A stretch of DNA of 64,000 nt from Spirochaetota bacterium (GCA_016935915.1 JAFGQB010000058.1:2496-66495); one strand, 5' to 3'; shown: positions 1 to 11,835, counted from the first letter of the stretch. Numbers and translations are program-made. The notes: generated from the sequence alone by a model not told the origin.

Positions 1-1171
1 CTGCAGTGATTGTGTTTTAAGATCATTTGAAGCAATAACAAGATCAGAAAAAATGTCATCAAATGATATATTCGATATTAAATTGCCCGCTCCAATTGAA
101 ATTAAAAATTTTTTAGATCAATATGTCATAGGGCAGGAACATGCAAAAAAAGTTCTTTCAGTTGCAGTTTATAATCATTATAAAAGAATTAAATATAACA
201 GTCAAAATAATAAAAACAGTGAATTTGATGATATTGAGCTTGAAAAATCTAATATATTATTAATTGGACCAACAGGTTCAGGAAAAACAATGCTTGCAAG
301 AACATTGGCAAAGAAACTCAATGTACCGTTTGCAATAGCTGACGCAACTACCGTTACTGAAGCCGGTTATGTTGGTGATGATGTTGAAACCATTTTATTA
401 AAATTAATACATGCAGCTGACGGCAACATCGCATTGGCAGAAAAAGGTATAATTTATATCGATGAAATTGATAAAATAGCTAAAAAAAGTGAAAATGTAT
501 CTATAACAAGGGATGTTTCTGGTGAAGGGGTACAGCAGGCATTATTAAAGATCATTGAAGGAACTATAGCGGATGTGCCACCTCAAGGCGGCAGAAAACA
601 TCCGCATCAGGATTTAATTAAAATAAATACTAACAATATTCTATTTATTTGCGGAGGAGCTTTTGTAGGTCTTGATAAAATCATAGAATCAAGAATCAGT
701 TCTAAAAAAATAGGATTTGGATCTGATGTTAAGGCAAATAAAGAGCAGGCATATGATGAACTTTTTAAAGAGCTTCATCCGGAAGATATTATAAAATATG
801 GAATGATCCCGGAATTTGTCGGAAGACTGCCGATTGTATCAATATTAAAACCATTGACAGAAGAAGATTTAATAAGGATAATTAAAGAACCAAAGAATTC
901 CATAATCAAACAATTTAAATGGGTATTGCATTTAGAAGACAATATTCAACTTGATTTTAAGGAAGAAGCAATAGAAGCTATAGCTAAAACGGCGATTAAA
1001 CAGAAAACAGGAGCAAGAGGCATCAGGACAATAATAGAAAAAATCATGCTTGATATTATGTATGATATCCCTTCACAAAACAACATCGAAAAAATTATAA
1101 TCGATAAGGATGTAATCGAAAAAGGCAAACCTGTAGTGTTAATTAAAAAAGAAAAGGAAAAAACTGCATGA
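1..1171 (+). CDS. clpX: ClpX, ATP-dependent Clp protease unfoldase subunit; 5' end lies outside the window
   Basis: The frame of the listed 53..1171 ORF stays open back to nt 2 ([17 protein letters not shown]). This includes the second CxxC of the ClpX N-terminal zinc-binding domain, so the listed Met is internal. Walker A GPTGSGKT, pore loop GYVG, Walker [13 protein letters not shown] loop (KKIGFG). Confidence 0.95.
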   Translation, partial: CSDCVLRSFEAITRSEKMSSNDIFDIKLPAPIEIKNFLDQYVIGQEHAKKVLSVAVYNHYKRIKYNSQNNKNSEFDDIELEKSNILLIGPTGSGKTMLARTLAKKLNVPFAIADATTVTEAGYVGDDVETILLKLIHAADGNIALAEKGIIYIDEIDKIAKKSENVSITRDVSGEGVQQALLKIIEGTIADVPPQGGRKHPHQDLIKINTNNILFICGGAFVGLDKIIESRISSKKIGFGSDVKANKEQAYDELFKELHPEDIIKYGMIPEFVGRLPIVSILKPLTEEDLIRIIKEPKNSIIKQFKWVLHLEDNIQLDFKEEAIEAIAKTAIKQKTGARGIRTIIEKIMLDIMYDIPSQNNIEKIIIDKDVIEKGKPVVLIKKEKEKTA

Positions 1172-3672
1172 AGATATTAAAAAACAGATCTTTAAATAAT
1201 CTTAATCCAATGGAATTCCCTTTACTGCCTTTAAGAGAAATGGTAATTTTCCCGCAAATGTCTAAAACCTTTTATGTAGGAAGAAAGGATTCGATAGAAG
1301 CTGTTCAATTAGCCGCTTCTCAATATGACAATCAGATTTTTATAATAACTCAAAAAGATTCAAACATTGAAAATCCCAATTTGAATGATATATTTGAGAT
1401 CGGAACATTATCCGAGATAAAAAAAATAACAACAGGACCAGACAAAAAAATAATTAAAATAACAATTACTGGTTTGGAAAGAGCCAAAATAAAGGATTTT
1501 TATGATGAGAATATTATTAAAAAAGTAATTCTAGAAAAATTAAAATCAAAACCGCTTCAGGATACCTTAGAATCTGAAACTATATTGAATTATCTCGTGA
1601 AAGATTTTAAAAAATATATCAATCTTACTAAAATCCCTTTTGAATCGATTAAACAGATCAGTGAATCAAAAGACGAAGATATGCTTATAAATTCAATTAT
1701 TCAGCACTTAAAAACAACTATTGAAAAAAAGATTGAACTATTATCAGAAACTGATCCAATTAAAAGACTGACAATTCTCGATAAAATTATAACCGACAAT
1801 ATAGATATGCTTTATCTTGAAAAAAAGATTAATTTTGAAGTAAGAAAAAAAATTGATAAATCCCAAAAAGAATACTACCTTAACGAACAGATTAAAGAAA
1901 TCCAGAAAGAACTTGGCCAATTAACAGACGATGATTTTTATACTGAAGAAAATTTACTAAAAAAGCTTGAAGCATTAAAAACGCCGGAATATGCAAAAGA
2001 AAAAGCATTAAAGGAATTAAGAAGATTAAATAAAATACCTGCATTATCTCCAGAAGCAGGTGTTATAAGAACATATATTGACTGCATTCTTGAGCTGCCA
2101 TGGGGAAATATTTTAGAAGAAAGCAATGATCTAAATAGAGCAAAAAAAATATTAAATGAAGAGCACTATTCATTAAAAAAGGTAAAAAATAGAATTTTAG
2201 AATATCTAGCAGTGCGACAGCTTAATAAAATGACCAAAGGACCTATATTGTGTTTTGTAGGTCCTCCAGGAACAGGCAAAACATCATTGGGCAAATCAGT
2301 TGCACATGCCGTAGGTAAAGAATTTATCAGAATTTCACTCGGTGGTGTCAGGGATGAAGCTGAAATAAGAGGTCACAGAAGAACGTATTTAGGTGCGTTA
2401 CCAGGTAAAATTATCCAATCAATGAAAAAAATTTCATCAAATAATCCTGTTTTTTTACTGGATGAAATCGATAAAATGAGCTCTGACTTCAGGGGTGATC
2501 CTTCAAGTGCATTGCTTGAAGTTTTGGATCCCGAACAAAATAACCAATTTGTTGATCATTATCTGGAAATACCTTATAATCTGTCAAATGTTATGTTCAT
2601 TACAACTGCAAACTCTAAACAGGGCATACCCTACCCTCTCTTGGACAGAATGGAAATAATTAATATTTCAAGTTATACTGAAATAGAAAAACTCAACATA
2701 GCAAAAAAATTTTTACTGCAAAAGGAACAGCTTGAGAATGGCTTGACCAATATTGATATTAAAATCAGCAATGCATGCTTAATAGAAATAATACGTTCCT
2801 ATACAATGGAAGCCGGAGTAAGATCATTACAGAGACAGATTGCAACAATTTGCAGAAAAATCGCCAAAAACATCGTACTTCATAAAAAAGAGATCAAATC
2901 AATTGTAATCACTAAAAGAAATCTGGAAAAATTCTTAGGAAAGAAAAAATTTATTCAGCCGGAAATTGACAAGGTTCTTGACATCGGCGTTTCTCATGGA
3001 CTTGCCTGGTCAGAATTCGGCGGATCAATTTTACCGATTGAAGTTGTTTTATACCCGGGTACAGGCAAGATTAATTTAACCGGTAAAATCGGGGATGTTA
3101 TGCAGGAATCAGCTCATGCTGCTTTTTCATATATAAGGGCAAATGCCGATCTTTTTAATATAAAATATAATAATTTTTATAAAGATTATGACGTTCATAT
3201 TCATTTTCCCGAAGGAGCAATACCAAAAGATGGTCCTTCTGCCGGCATAGCTATAACATGCGGTATACTTTCTGCCCTGACAAAAGTTCCTGTCAATGCA
3301 ATTATTGCAATGACAGGTGAAATAACCTTAACCGGTAAAGTTTTGGCAGTGGGCGGACTTTTAGAAAAAACAATAGCAGCTTTAAAACATAGAAAAGAAA
3401 AGATAATTATTCCTTTTGAAAATCAAAATGATATTTTAGAGTTTCCAAAAAATATAAAAGACAGGATTGAATTTATTTATGTAAAAAAAGCACTTGAAGT
3501 AATCATATTAACTTTCAACGAAAAAATATTTAAAAACAAGGTAGAAAGAAAAAAAGCTTCATTGCCTCAAGAATACAATAAAAAGAATCAAATCAAGGGA
3601 AATATAAAAGATAAAATAATTTCCGACAAATTAAATACTATCATAGAGAATAACAATATCATAACTCAATGA
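1168..3672 (+). CDS. lon: Lon protease (LonA type)
   Basis: 834 aa. N-terminal LON domain ([13 protein letters not shown]), Walker [10 protein letters not shown], Walker B FLLDEIDK. Protease domain has the catalytic Ser in PKDGPSAG and the Lys region [12 protein letters not shown]. The ATG overlaps the clpX stop (ATGA). Confidence 0.97.
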   Translation: MKILKNRSLNNLNPMEFPLLPLREMVIFPQMSKTFYVGRKDSIEAVQLAASQYDNQIFIITQKDSNIENPNLNDIFEIGTLSEIKKITTGPDKKIIKITITGLERAKIKDFYDENIIKKVILEKLKSKPLQDTLESETILNYLVKDFKKYINLTKIPFESIKQISESKDEDMLINSIIQHLKTTIEKKIELLSETDPIKRLTILDKIITDNIDMLYLEKKINFEVRKKIDKSQKEYYLNEQIKEIQKELGQLTDDDFYTEENLLKKLEALKTPEYAKEKALKELRRLNKIPALSPEAGVIRTYIDCILELPWGNILEESNDLNRAKKILNEEHYSLKKVKNRILEYLAVRQLNKMTKGPILCFVGPPGTGKTSLGKSVAHAVGKEFIRISLGGVRDEAEIRGHRRTYLGALPGKIIQSMKKISSNNPVFLLDEIDKMSSDFRGDPSSALLEVLDPEQNNQFVDHYLEIPYNLSNVMFITTANSKQGIPYPLLDRMEIINISSYTEIEKLNIAKKFLLQKEQLENGLTNIDIKISNACLIEIIRSYTMEAGVRSLQRQIATICRKIAKNIVLHKKEIKSIVITKRNLEKFLGKKKFIQPEIDKVLDIGVSHGLAWSEFGGSILPIEVVLYPGTGKINLTGKIGDVMQESAHAAFSYIRANADLFNIKYNNFYKDYDVHIHFPEGAIPKDGPSAGIAITCGILSALTKVPVNAIIAMTGEITLTGKVLAVGGLLEKTIAALKHRKEKIIIPFENQNDILEFPKNIKDRIEFIYVKKALEVIILTFNEKIFKNKVERKKASLPQEYNKKNQIKGNIKDKIISDKLNTIIENNNIITQ

Positions 3673-4222
3673 ATTTCAAGATAAAATAAAGTAAATCCGT
3701 ATTAACCAAAAACACTGCAAATAATCCGCTTATTAATCCTATTAAAAAACCAGCGACACAATCACTTAAAAAATGGTAGCCGCGTGATATTCTTGAAACA
3801 GAAACTAAAAAAATTAAAACTAAAAAAATAATTGATATTATCGGTATGACTGAAGCTGATGGAATAAACAAGGATAATCTTGAAATATGACCGGAGGGGA
3901 AGGAATAGGGATCATATTTTTTAATGAATTTGCTTTTATCATTATATTCTATCCTTCTTCTTTTTACAGTGTATTTAAAAATAAAAACAATGAATGTGCT
4001 TATTGTCAGACTTAAAAATGATATAACTGAAATTAATTTTGAATTAAAAAAAGGTGAAAAATATAGCATAATAATGATAAGCAGGCAAAAAATAAAACCA
4101 CCGATATGGCTGAATATTTTAGTTATTAAATTATTATTGAGGATTAAAAGTTTTTTATTTACAATATTATCAATATTTAAAATAAATCTTTTGATTCTTA
4201 AAAAAAATGAAATAAGTTTCAT
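3659..4222 (-). CDS. PAP2-family membrane phosphatase (undecaprenyl-PP/phosphatidic acid phosphatase-like)
   Basis: 187 aa, multi-pass hydrophobic. PAP2 motifs PSGH and SRISRGYHFLSD (SRx5Hx3D). 3' end overlaps the lon 3' end convergently by 14 nt. Confidence 0.75.
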   Translation of the reverse strand: MKLISFFLRIKRFILNIDNIVNKKLLILNNNLITKIFSHIGGFIFCLLIIIMLYFSPFFNSKLISVISFLSLTISTFIVFIFKYTVKRRRIEYNDKSKFIKKYDPYSFPSGHISRLSLFIPSASVIPIISIIFLVLIFLVSVSRISRGYHFLSDCVAGFLIGLISGLFAVFLVNTDLLYFILKFIEL

Positions 4223-4375
4223 AATAAATCATTAAAGCTTTTTCTTTTATCTATAATAAATAAAAAATGATAAAAATCAATAATAATTTTTGATTTATAT
4301 TGATTTAATTTACATAGACAAAAAAAACTATAAATGTTAAACAATTATAAAATTTGATAATAACTGGATACAATT

Positions 4376-4897
4376 ATGCTAGAATTATTAAAAAAACGAA
4401 GAAGCATAAGAAAATATAAAAAAAAAAGTGTTGAAAAAGAAAAGATTGATATTATAATCAAAGCCGTTTTATTGTCTCCCTCATCGAGAAATTTAAATCC
4501 ATGGGAATTCATAATTATTGATGATAAAATATTATTGGGAAAGCTTTCCAGATCAAAAGTTCATGGTTCAAGTTTTTTAAAAAATGCTCCTTTAGCGATA
4601 CTAGTTATAGCTCAACATGAAAAGTGTGACGTCTGGATAGAGGACTGCTCTATAGCTTCAATAATCATACAACTTACAGCCGAATCAATAGGATTATCAA
4701 GCTGCTGGATACAGATCAGGCAGAGGTTTCATGATTCTGGAATAACTTCAGAAGATTACATTAAAAAAATAATGAAAATTGATAATAAATATAAAATAGA
4801 ATCAATTATTGCCATAGGCTATAATGATGAAATAAAAATGATCCATACAGAAGAAGAATTAAATTATAATAAAATACATAAAAATTCTTTTAAATAA
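4376..4897 (+). CDS. Nitroreductase-family protein
   Basis: 173 aa. N-terminal LLKKRRSIRKYKKK...SPSSRNLNPWEFIII is typical of the NADH oxidase/flavin nitroreductase fold. Confidence 0.8.
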   Translation: MLELLKKRRSIRKYKKKSVEKEKIDIIIKAVLLSPSSRNLNPWEFIIIDDKILLGKLSRSKVHGSSFLKNAPLAILVIAQHEKCDVWIEDCSIASIIIQLTAESIGLSSCWIQIRQRFHDSGITSEDYIKKIMKIDNKYKIESIIAIGYNDEIKMIHTEEELNYNKIHKNSFK

Positions 4898-4909
4898 AGA
4901 ACAATCAAT

Positions 4910-5809
4910 ATGGTTTTAAATAACAGTTCAAAAAAACAGTTGAATGAATTTTATTCTGGTATTATCTATACTTTGTTATCATTTGTCATTTGGGGGGCAC
5001 TTCCTCTTTACTGGAAATTATTTGAAAGTGTAAAAGCTTTTGATATTCTAATTTATAGAATTATATGGTCTTTTATATTTTTGATGATAACAATCATTGT
5101 TTTAAAGAATTATATCTTTTTAAGACTTCTTTTGAATTTAAAAAGTCTATTATCACTATCATTGTCAGGTATGGTTATAGGAATTAACTGGTTTTTATTT
5201 ATTTTTGCTGTTAATTCAGATCATGTGGTGGAAACCAGTCTGGGATATTATATAAATCCTTTGATCAGCATCTTTTTTGGAATGATATTTTTGCATGAAA
5301 AATTAACACGGATCCAATGGACTGCTCTAATTCTGGTATTTATATCAGTTCTTTATCTTACATTAAACTATGGTAAATTCCCTTGGATTGCCTTATCATT
5401 ATCCATATCATTTGCCACATACGGTCTTTTAAAAAAAATATTTAAATATGAAACTTTAGCAGGTTTGACCATAGAAACTTTGATACTTTTTCCGATAGCA
5501 TTTGTTTTTTTTATAATTTCTTATTTTAAAAAATCAAGTTCAATAATTTCACTTTCACCTGATTTTCATTTTTATTTAATTTTATCCGGCATTGCTACCG
5601 TTGTACCATTGGCATTATTTGCAATGGGCACTAAAAGAATACCATTATCAACTGTTGGTTTTATACAATATATAGCGCCTACCCTCATGCTTTTAGAGGG
5701 TATATTTATTTACCATGAGAGCTTTTTAAAAACCCATTTTATCAGTTTTTCTTTGATCTGGTGCGCTTTGATTCTATATTCAATTTCTCTGTTTTATAAA
5801 AAGAGCTAA
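4910..5809 (+). CDS. rarD: RarD/EamA-family (DMT superfamily) permease
   Basis: 299 aa, about 10 TM. RarD-like N-terminus GIIYTLLSFVIWGALPLYWKL. Confidence 0.8.
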   Translation: MVLNNSSKKQLNEFYSGIIYTLLSFVIWGALPLYWKLFESVKAFDILIYRIIWSFIFLMITIIVLKNYIFLRLLLNLKSLLSLSLSGMVIGINWFLFIFAVNSDHVVETSLGYYINPLISIFFGMIFLHEKLTRIQWTALILVFISVLYLTLNYGKFPWIALSLSISFATYGLLKKIFKYETLAGLTIETLILFPIAFVFFIISYFKKSSSIISLSPDFHFYLILSGIATVVPLALFAMGTKRIPLSTVGFIQYIAPTLMLLEGIFIYHESFLKTHFISFSLIWCALILYSISLFYKKS

Positions 5810-6858
5810 TCAATTATTTTAGTATAAATAAACTCGTAATTTTTTTCAGATATCTTTTTTAATAATATATTCTTGCTGACAGTTACTTTATAATTATTTT
5901 CATTACCTGAAGCAACGATAACATCAACATCATCCGTTTGATTCGCAAAATCGATTGCTCCTCTTTCGCCCATAACAAATAACGCTGTAGCAAGCGCATC
6001 AGTTTTTGCAGGATTACTGCTGATGACTGTTAAAGAATGAACTCCATTAAAAGCAGGATAGCCTGTTTTCGGATCTATTATATGATGATAATTAACTCCA
6101 TCATTGCCGGTAATAAATTTTTCATAATCGCCTGATGTGATTATACAGACATCTTTAAGCTGAATACTTCCTATATAATTGTTTTTATCAAACGGATCGG
6201 TAATGGCAATTTTCCATAAACGTTTGTTCTGATATTTTCCTTTAATGAATATATCACCGCTTGCATTGATTAAAAAATCCTTTACTCCGTTTTTAATCAA
6301 AAAATCTGCTATTTCACCGATTATTTTACCCTGTGCTATCCCGCCAAAGTCAAGAGAAACATTATTTAGCAATCTAACATTATTATTATTTATTATGACA
6401 TTTTTAAAACCGGTACTTTTTAATGCATATTCAATTTCTTCTCTTGCAGGTATTTTAGGACCTTTTGGAGAACTGAATCCCCATAAATCCGTAATGTTGA
6501 ACAATGAAAAATCAAATGCGCCATCGGTCAATCTAGAATATTCTATTGAATCATTTATAAGTTCAAGTGTAAAATGATCATTTAATGTATCTAAAGTCAT
6601 TTCCTTTTTTTTGTTGAGTATTGATATCAATGAATCAGTATTTTGACTGCTTATTTTTTTTTCAAGTTCATCTGAGAGATTAAATGCAGTGTTCAATAAA
6701 TTATCAGCCTGTTTTTTATCATCAGAAAATAATATGATTGTCAATGTACTTCCCATTGCAAACCTTGTATCAGAATATTTTACATAACTGGTTTCAAGAC
6801 ATGAAAAATTTATAGAAACAACAATCAGTAAAAAAAACAGTAAAAAATGCTTAATCAT
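5806..6858 (-). CDS. apbE: FAD:protein FMN transferase ApbE (lipoprotein)
   Basis: 350 aa. Signal peptide with Cys (INFSC). ApbE motifs FAMGS, GAFD, DFGGIAQGK, SGDYEKF, HHIIDPKTG, TDALATALFVMG. Confidence 0.92.
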   Translation of the reverse strand: MIKHFLLFFLLIVVSINFSCLETSYVKYSDTRFAMGSTLTIILFSDDKKQADNLLNTAFNLSDELEKKISSQNTDSLISILNKKKEMTLDTLNDHFTLELINDSIEYSRLTDGAFDFSLFNITDLWGFSSPKGPKIPAREEIEYALKSTGFKNVIINNNNVRLLNNVSLDFGGIAQGKIIGEIADFLIKNGVKDFLINASGDIFIKGKYQNKRLWKIAITDPFDKNNYIGSIQLKDVCIITSGDYEKFITGNDGVNYHHIIDPKTGYPAFNGVHSLTVISSNPAKTDALATALFVMGERGAIDFANQTDDVDVIVASGNENNYKVTVSKNILLKKISEKNYEFIYTKIID

Positions 6859-7435
6859 GAAAATCCCTGCTTCCTTTCCTTAAAATTTTGTATGGTTTTA
6901 CCCTCAAGTCAACAACAGCAGATGCTGTCCCAGAAATAAAATTTTTGTCCAAAATTATCAAATCCGCTTTATCCTGAAATTCATTAATTATACTTTTTAT
7001 GTCATTTAAAGCTTCCTCACCGCTGTAATTTACGCTTGTTGATATTAATGGAGAGTTTACCTGTTTAATTATCTTTCTTAATGCATCTGAATCCGGCATT
7101 CTGACTCCGATACCCTGCAAATTATCATCAAGAATAAATGTAAAAGGTCCTGGCCAGTATTTATTTAAAATATCTAAACTCAAATCATTTAAAATGCATA
7201 AATCAGATAACATCCCAATTTCATTAATTAAATATAAAAAAGGCTTGTCATCTCTTTTTTTTATTTGTCGAAGCTTTTTTTCATTTTTAGGTAAAGCCAG
7301 AAAGCCATAAACAGTATCAGACGGCATTATTACTATCTTATTTTTTTTAATATATGCTGCAATTTTTTTTATAATAACACTATTATAATCATTTATCTCT
7401 AATATTTCACTATTCATCTTTTTTCTTAATTCCAA
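6851..7435 (-). CDS. tsaC: L-threonylcarbamoyladenylate synthase, YrdC/TsaC type
   Basis: 194 aa. YrdC-domain signature IVIMPSDTVYGFLA, later SPLISTSVNYSG and ASAVVDL. The true start may be Met7 at 7417, which would reduce the overlap with the upstream gene to 8 nt. Confidence 0.85.
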   Translation of the reverse strand: MELRKKMNSEILEINDYNSVIIKKIAAYIKKNKIVIMPSDTVYGFLALPKNEKKLRQIKKRDDKPFLYLINEIGMLSDLCILNDLSLDILNKYWPGPFTFILDDNLQGIGVRMPDSDALRKIIKQVNSPLISTSVNYSGEEALNDIKSIINEFQDKADLIILDKNFISGTASAVVDLRVKPYKILRKGSRDFHD

Positions 7436-7868
7436 AAATAACTATAAAAATAAAAAATCCGAAAAAAAGGAAAAAAAACAGATTCAAATAAAATTTTATT
7501 CTGTCTATTTTTTCATTGTAATTATTTTTTTTCTTATATTCATTGAAAATTTTATTAACTTCATCTAAGCTGTTCTCATTTTTTGCATAAAGATCTATTT
7601 CATCGATTATTTTTATGAATTTATAATCATCTTTATAAAAACCTAGTTTTTCGGCAAAATCATTCAAGGCATTGGGATGATCTTTTAAGTATTTGATATA
7701 ATCTGAGAGTTCATCTCTCTGTCTTTCCAAAAGACTTTTATAATATAAAGCCATTTGTTTTTCTTTTTGAGTTCTGATCCCTTCGATTAATCCGTTTTTA
7801 CTTAATATCAACTGAAAAAAAATCAGACCGCTGAATAAAGTAAATATAAACAAAAAAAATTTTTTCAT
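7410..7868 (-). CDS. Hypothetical protein with N- and C-terminal hydrophobic segments and a charged helical centre
   Basis: 152-aa ORF in an operon-like array with tsaC/apbE. N-terminal signal/anchor FFLFIFTLFSGLIFFQLIL and C-terminal TM. No recognisable catalytic motif. Confidence 0.5.
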   Translation of the reverse strand: MKKFFLFIFTLFSGLIFFQLILSKNGLIEGIRTQKEKQMALYYKSLLERQRDELSDYIKYLKDHPNALNDFAEKLGFYKDDYKFIKIIDEIDLYAKNENSLDEVNKIFNEYKKKNNYNEKIDRIKFYLNLFFFLFFGFFIFIVIFGIKKKDE

Positions 7869-7994
7869 ATTTTTAATTTTAATTATCGATTGTAATATTT
7901 TTATAGCAAATTTTTAAATTTAAGTCTATTTTGAATTAATAACTTTACAATAATTAAAAATATTTGTATTAAATAAAATAATATTTAAATTTTT

Positions 7995-8642
7995 ATGAAT
8001 AAATTTGATGCAAAAAAAGACATAAAAAAAATTTCCTATTTCACACTATCCATTTTATTTTTATTATTAACATTCATCCTTTTTTCAGCAATTATTTTAT
8101 TGCCGATATATTTAATCAGCAAATATAATGTCAAAATATATTCATATACAGCTTTAACAATAATACTCTGCTTAATTAGCTTTGCAATAATAAAAAAAAT
8201 AAAGGAAATTAAAAATATATATGAAAATAATTATATATTCATTCTTAAAATTATCATGTCCCCATTAATTATTTTTATAAGTTTGACATTATTTGGATTT
8301 GAAGCAATAATATTTAACCTGTTAAAAATAATATTTATCTATATCCCCGCCAAATATATTATATTACAAAATATTTTATTAATTCTAATCAATCTTGAAA
8401 AAGTTATCTATCTTCTCACTTTATCAATAAATTTTTTTAATATATATCTGCTTTTGCCTTCCGTAATTATTCTTTTGCAGTCTTTATTTTTTAAGTCGCT
8501 ATATGAATTATTTTCATTTATACCGGCAACAATTTTATTATCTGTAATTGATTTATTCTTAATCGTTATTGCTGTTTTATTATTCAGAAGATTATTATTT
8601 TTATTTAAAAATCTTTTTGATAAATATAAAAAAGTTGACTAA
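7995..8642 (+). CDS. Hypothetical multi-pass membrane protein
   Basis: 215-aa ORF, almost entirely hydrophobic helices. No family recognised. Confidence 0.45.
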   Translation: MNKFDAKKDIKKISYFTLSILFLLLTFILFSAIILLPIYLISKYNVKIYSYTALTIILCLISFAIIKKIKEIKNIYENNYIFILKIIMSPLIIFISLTLFGFEAIIFNLLKIIFIYIPAKYIILQNILLILINLEKVIYLLTLSINFFNIYLLLPSVIILLQSLFFKSLYELFSFIPATILLSVIDLFLIVIAVLLFRRLLFLFKNLFDKYKKVD

Positions 8643-8649
8643 AAAATTC

Positions 8650-9654
8650 TTAAAAATTCATATAAAATATTCTGATTATAATTCTCTTAATAATAGTTCT
8701 CAAAGAATAAAAAAGCAATTTTGAAAAAAAATATTTCATTTTCTTATAATTAAAATTACTTTTTATTAAAAGATACCAGTAATAACCTGTAGTATCTTTA
8801 AATTGCCTTTCAGGATAAATTTTCAATTTATTATTTTTTTCGATCATTTTTAAAAATAAATTCTTAATGATTGTTATGTCATCATTTTTGATAATTAAAT
8901 CTTTGTTTATAAAAAAACCGATTATAATTTTTTCTCTCTCAGTTAATTTTATTCCAATTTTTTTATAGTTATTTTCATAAATTTTTTCAAGATATTTGAC
9001 ATAAATATCATTATTTTTTCTTCTTAAGCTGTTATTTGATATTCTGTATTTTAATAAAACCTTTGGAATATTATAAAATTGTAAAAACTCAACAGCTCTG
9101 GTCCATAATTCAAAATCTTCTGCATGGATAAAATTATTATCATATAAAAGGCAGTAGTGCATAAGTTTTGATTTTCTTATTATAAAAGATGAGTTGATTA
9201 TTGAACTGTTAAAAAAAAAATTAGATCGGATATGTTTATCTGTTACAGGATATCTCCATATAATTTTATTCTTATCAATAAGCTCTGCCCATGATCCGCA
9301 TATATCTATATTTTTATTTTTCTCTAAAAATTTTATTTGTATTTCCAATCTCTTGTGAAGACTGATATCATCAGCATCCATTCTTGCGATGTATTCGCCA
9401 AGCGCTGTTTTAATGCCAAAATTCATGCAAAAAGCAACGCCATTATTTTTCTTGTTATTTATAACTTTAATTCTTCCATCATCATATGAATTAATTATTT
9501 TCAGGCTGTTGTCAGTTGATCCGTCATTTATTATCAAAAATTCAAAATCTTTAAATGTCTGATTTAAAATACTATCAATAGATTCCTTTAAAAACTCTTC
9601 TGCATTATAAACAGGCATTATTACTGATATTTTTGGGATCATATTTGAATCCAA
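8650..9654 (-). CDS. Family 2 glycosyltransferase
   Basis: 334 aa. Canonical GT2 N-terminus ISVIMPVYNAEEFLKESIDSILNQTFKDFEFLIINDGSTDNS and a DxD-type motif (RMDADDIS). Confidence 0.9.
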   Translation of the reverse strand: MDSNMIPKISVIMPVYNAEEFLKESIDSILNQTFKDFEFLIINDGSTDNSLKIINSYDDGRIKVINNKKNNGVAFCMNFGIKTALGEYIARMDADDISLHKRLEIQIKFLEKNKNIDICGSWAELIDKNKIIWRYPVTDKHIRSNFFFNSSIINSSFIIRKSKLMHYCLLYDNNFIHAEDFELWTRAVEFLQFYNIPKVLLKYRISNNSLRRKNNDIYVKYLEKIYENNYKKIGIKLTEREKIIIGFFINKDLIIKNDDITIIKNLFLKMIEKNNKLKIYPERQFKDTTGYYWYLLIKSNFNYKKMKYFFSKLLFYSLRTIIKRIIIRIFYMNF

Positions 9655-10511
9655 TCCTGAGGAATTAAGTCACCAGTATCAATTGTTTCATTGAACCATT
9701 TTGAAGGACAGATAACAATTTTATTATTATATTCCGACAGCCATGCAGACCACCAGCTGAAAGAACTGTTAGCTGTAATATGATGCCGGCAGTTCTGCAT
9801 TAATCTAAAATCATCATAATCATTATTCCCTTCAAAAATCTTATATTTTATATCCAGTTTCATTTCTTTCTTTACAGATTCAAAATCATCAGAAAAAATA
9901 TAATATACCGGGTTTTTTATTTTATCACCAATAATATGTACTGCCTTTTGATAATATTCCAGTGGACAAACACCATGATATTTATTTGTCTTTGGATTTG
10001 TGATATAGTCGCCTCTTCTTACATGAATAGAAACAGAATCCTCATTTTTTATTTTATTTAAAAATTTTACTATCTTTTTATCAGGCTTGATTTTTATTAT
10101 AAAATCCTTTTTTATTATGTCTTTAATATCAATAAAATACTTTTCTGACTGCCAATAACCTTCAAAATAAGCATTATTTAACTTTATTATACTTAAATTA
10201 GCATTAAAATTAAACTTTTTCTCATTAAAATAACATTTTTTGAATAAAATATTATCTTTTGTTATTTTTTTTAATAAATTGTTTACAAAAGGCAATTTAA
10301 TTTTATATTTTAATCTATTTATTTCTCTGTTATTGGCAAATTTTTCTTCTATATTGAAAATATTGAGCATATATTTTCTGCTGTAATTACTTTTAGAAAA
10401 CCATGAAATATCAAATTTTAATTCTGTTTCATTTTTTAAAGATAAAAATCTTCCAAAAGCATATTGAAACATCTGGTTGCCCAGACCACCCATTAATTTA
10501 ACTATTATCAT
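9639..10511 (-). CDS. GT11 alpha-1,2-fucosyltransferase
   Basis: 290 aa. GT11 motifs GGLGNQMFQYAFG, HVRRGDY, YYIFSDD, NSSFSWWSAWL. Confidence 0.88.
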   Translation of the reverse strand: MIIVKLMGGLGNQMFQYAFGRFLSLKNETELKFDISWFSKSNYSRKYMLNIFNIEEKFANNREINRLKYKIKLPFVNNLLKKITKDNILFKKCYFNEKKFNFNANLSIIKLNNAYFEGYWQSEKYFIDIKDIIKKDFIIKIKPDKKIVKFLNKIKNEDSVSIHVRRGDYITNPKTNKYHGVCPLEYYQKAVHIIGDKIKNPVYYIFSDDFESVKKEMKLDIKYKIFEGNNDYDDFRLMQNCRHHITANSSFSWWSAWLSEYNNKIVICPSKWFNETIDTGDLIPQDWIQI

Positions 10512-10572
10512 AATATCACTTGCTTTATATTTTCATTGTAGAAAAAAATAAAAAAATTTGTGGCAGCTTAAA

Positions 10573-11835
10573 TTATTTTTTCAGCATCCATTGTAAAATC
10601 GGTGCTATGATACCGGGTCTTTTTATCATCCAATATGATGAATTGCTCAAACCTCCTTTAATATTTAAATTAATAGAAGGATTATCCTTGCTCGGCTGAA
10701 AAATCCATTTTCTGAAATGAAGGCTGCATATTAATTCTAATCTATAATTGCCTTCGTTCAACAAATTATTGGGAAATTTACAATAAATAGTGTTATTGCC
10801 TTTTTTTAGTTTGGGCCAATTTGTATCCTTGGTATCAGTTTGATAGCTCCAGAAAAGGCAATTATTTATTTCATCAAAAACCGCAAATCCGATAGTTAAA
10901 GAATTATCAAGTTCATTTATTTCTCCCTGAATGTAAATATAAAAATCTTCATTATTTCTTACAGGCATTGTAAGCAAATTACCCATTTTATCACCAATAT
11001 AAAATTTAATAGGTTTAAAATATTGATTTATATAGATATTTTTAATATTTTCCCAATAAGATGATAATATTAATTCATTACTAAGGTATTTTTTTATAAT
11101 TTCAGAAGGATCAGATGAAAAAAACTTGATCTCTCCATTTTCTAAAAGTAAGCATTTGCTACAAAGTTTTTCAATTGCACCAAGATTATGACTTACAAAT
11201 AAAATTGTCCTGCCCTGCTTATTTGAAACTTCTTCCATTTTACCAAGACATTTCTTTTGAAAACCTACATCGCCGACAGCCAATACTTCATCAATTAATA
11301 GTATATCTGGATCCAGATGAGCAGCAATTGCAAAAGCAAGTCTCACATACATACCGCTTGAATATCTTTTGACGGGCGTATCAAGAAACTTTTCCACTTC
11401 GGCAAAATTGACAATTTCATCAAATTTACTTTTAACTTCAGCATTCGACATTCCCAATATTATGCCATTTAAAAAAATATTTTCTCTTCCGGTTAATTCA
11501 GGATGAAAGCCTGTACCTATTTCTAGAAGACTTGCAACCTTGCCATTAATTTTCAATTTGCCCGTAGTCGGTTCAGTAATGCGGCTTATTACCTTTAATA
11601 AGGTGGATTTTCCTGCTCCATTCCTTCCTATAATACCAATTCTTTCTCCTGATTTTACTTCGAAATTGATATTTTTTAAAGCCCAAAATTCCTCTTTTTT
11701 ATGCTTTACATTTTTTCTAAATAAATATTTAACTTTTTTGGACAGATTATCTCTAAGTGTCTGATATCTGTCTTTAACTTCATGTGAAATAATATATTTT
11801 TTACCAATATTTTCAAGTTTAAGATCAATGTTCAT
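10573..11835 (-). CDS. wzt: Polysaccharide ABC exporter ATPase (Wzt/TagH type) with C-terminal extension domain
   Basis: 420 aa. Walker A GRNGAGKST, signature YSSGMYVRLAF, Walker B ILLIDEVLAVGD. About 170 extra C-terminal residues of beta-rich character, as in Wzt carbohydrate-binding domains. Confidence 0.88.
   Translation of the reverse strand: MNIDLKLENIGKKYIISHEVKDRYQTLRDNLSKKVKYLFRKNVKHKKEEFWALKNINFEVKSGERIGIIGRNGAGKSTLLKVISRITEPTTGKLKINGKVASLLEIGTGFHPELTGRENIFLNGIILGMSNAEVKSKFDEIVNFAEVEKFLDTPVKRYSSGMYVRLAFAIAAHLDPDILLIDEVLAVGDVGFQKKCLGKMEEVSNKQGRTILFVSHNLGAIEKLCSKCLLLENGEIKFFSSDPSEIIKKYLSNELILSSYWENIKNIYINQYFKPIKFYIGDKMGNLLTMPVRNNEDFYIYIQGEINELDNSLTIGFAVFDEINNCLFWSYQTDTKDTNWPKLKKGNNTIYCKFPNNLLNEGNYRLELICSLHFRKWIFQPSKDNPSINLNIKGGLSNSSYWMIKRPGIIAPILQWMLKK

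Noticed and set aside
3924-4235. 103-aa plus-strand ORF overlapping the PAP2 gene
   Set aside because: The opposite strand carries the PSGH and SRx5Hx3D PAP2 motifs. This ORF has no motifs and is a mirror-frame artefact.
9211-9220. A10 (coding-strand T10) inside the GT2 glycosyltransferase gene as a slipped-strand phase-variation tract
   Set aside because: It encodes an in-frame FFF in a Phe/Asn-rich protein. Comparable runs occur in many non-contingency genes here, so there is no evidence of variation from a single sequence.
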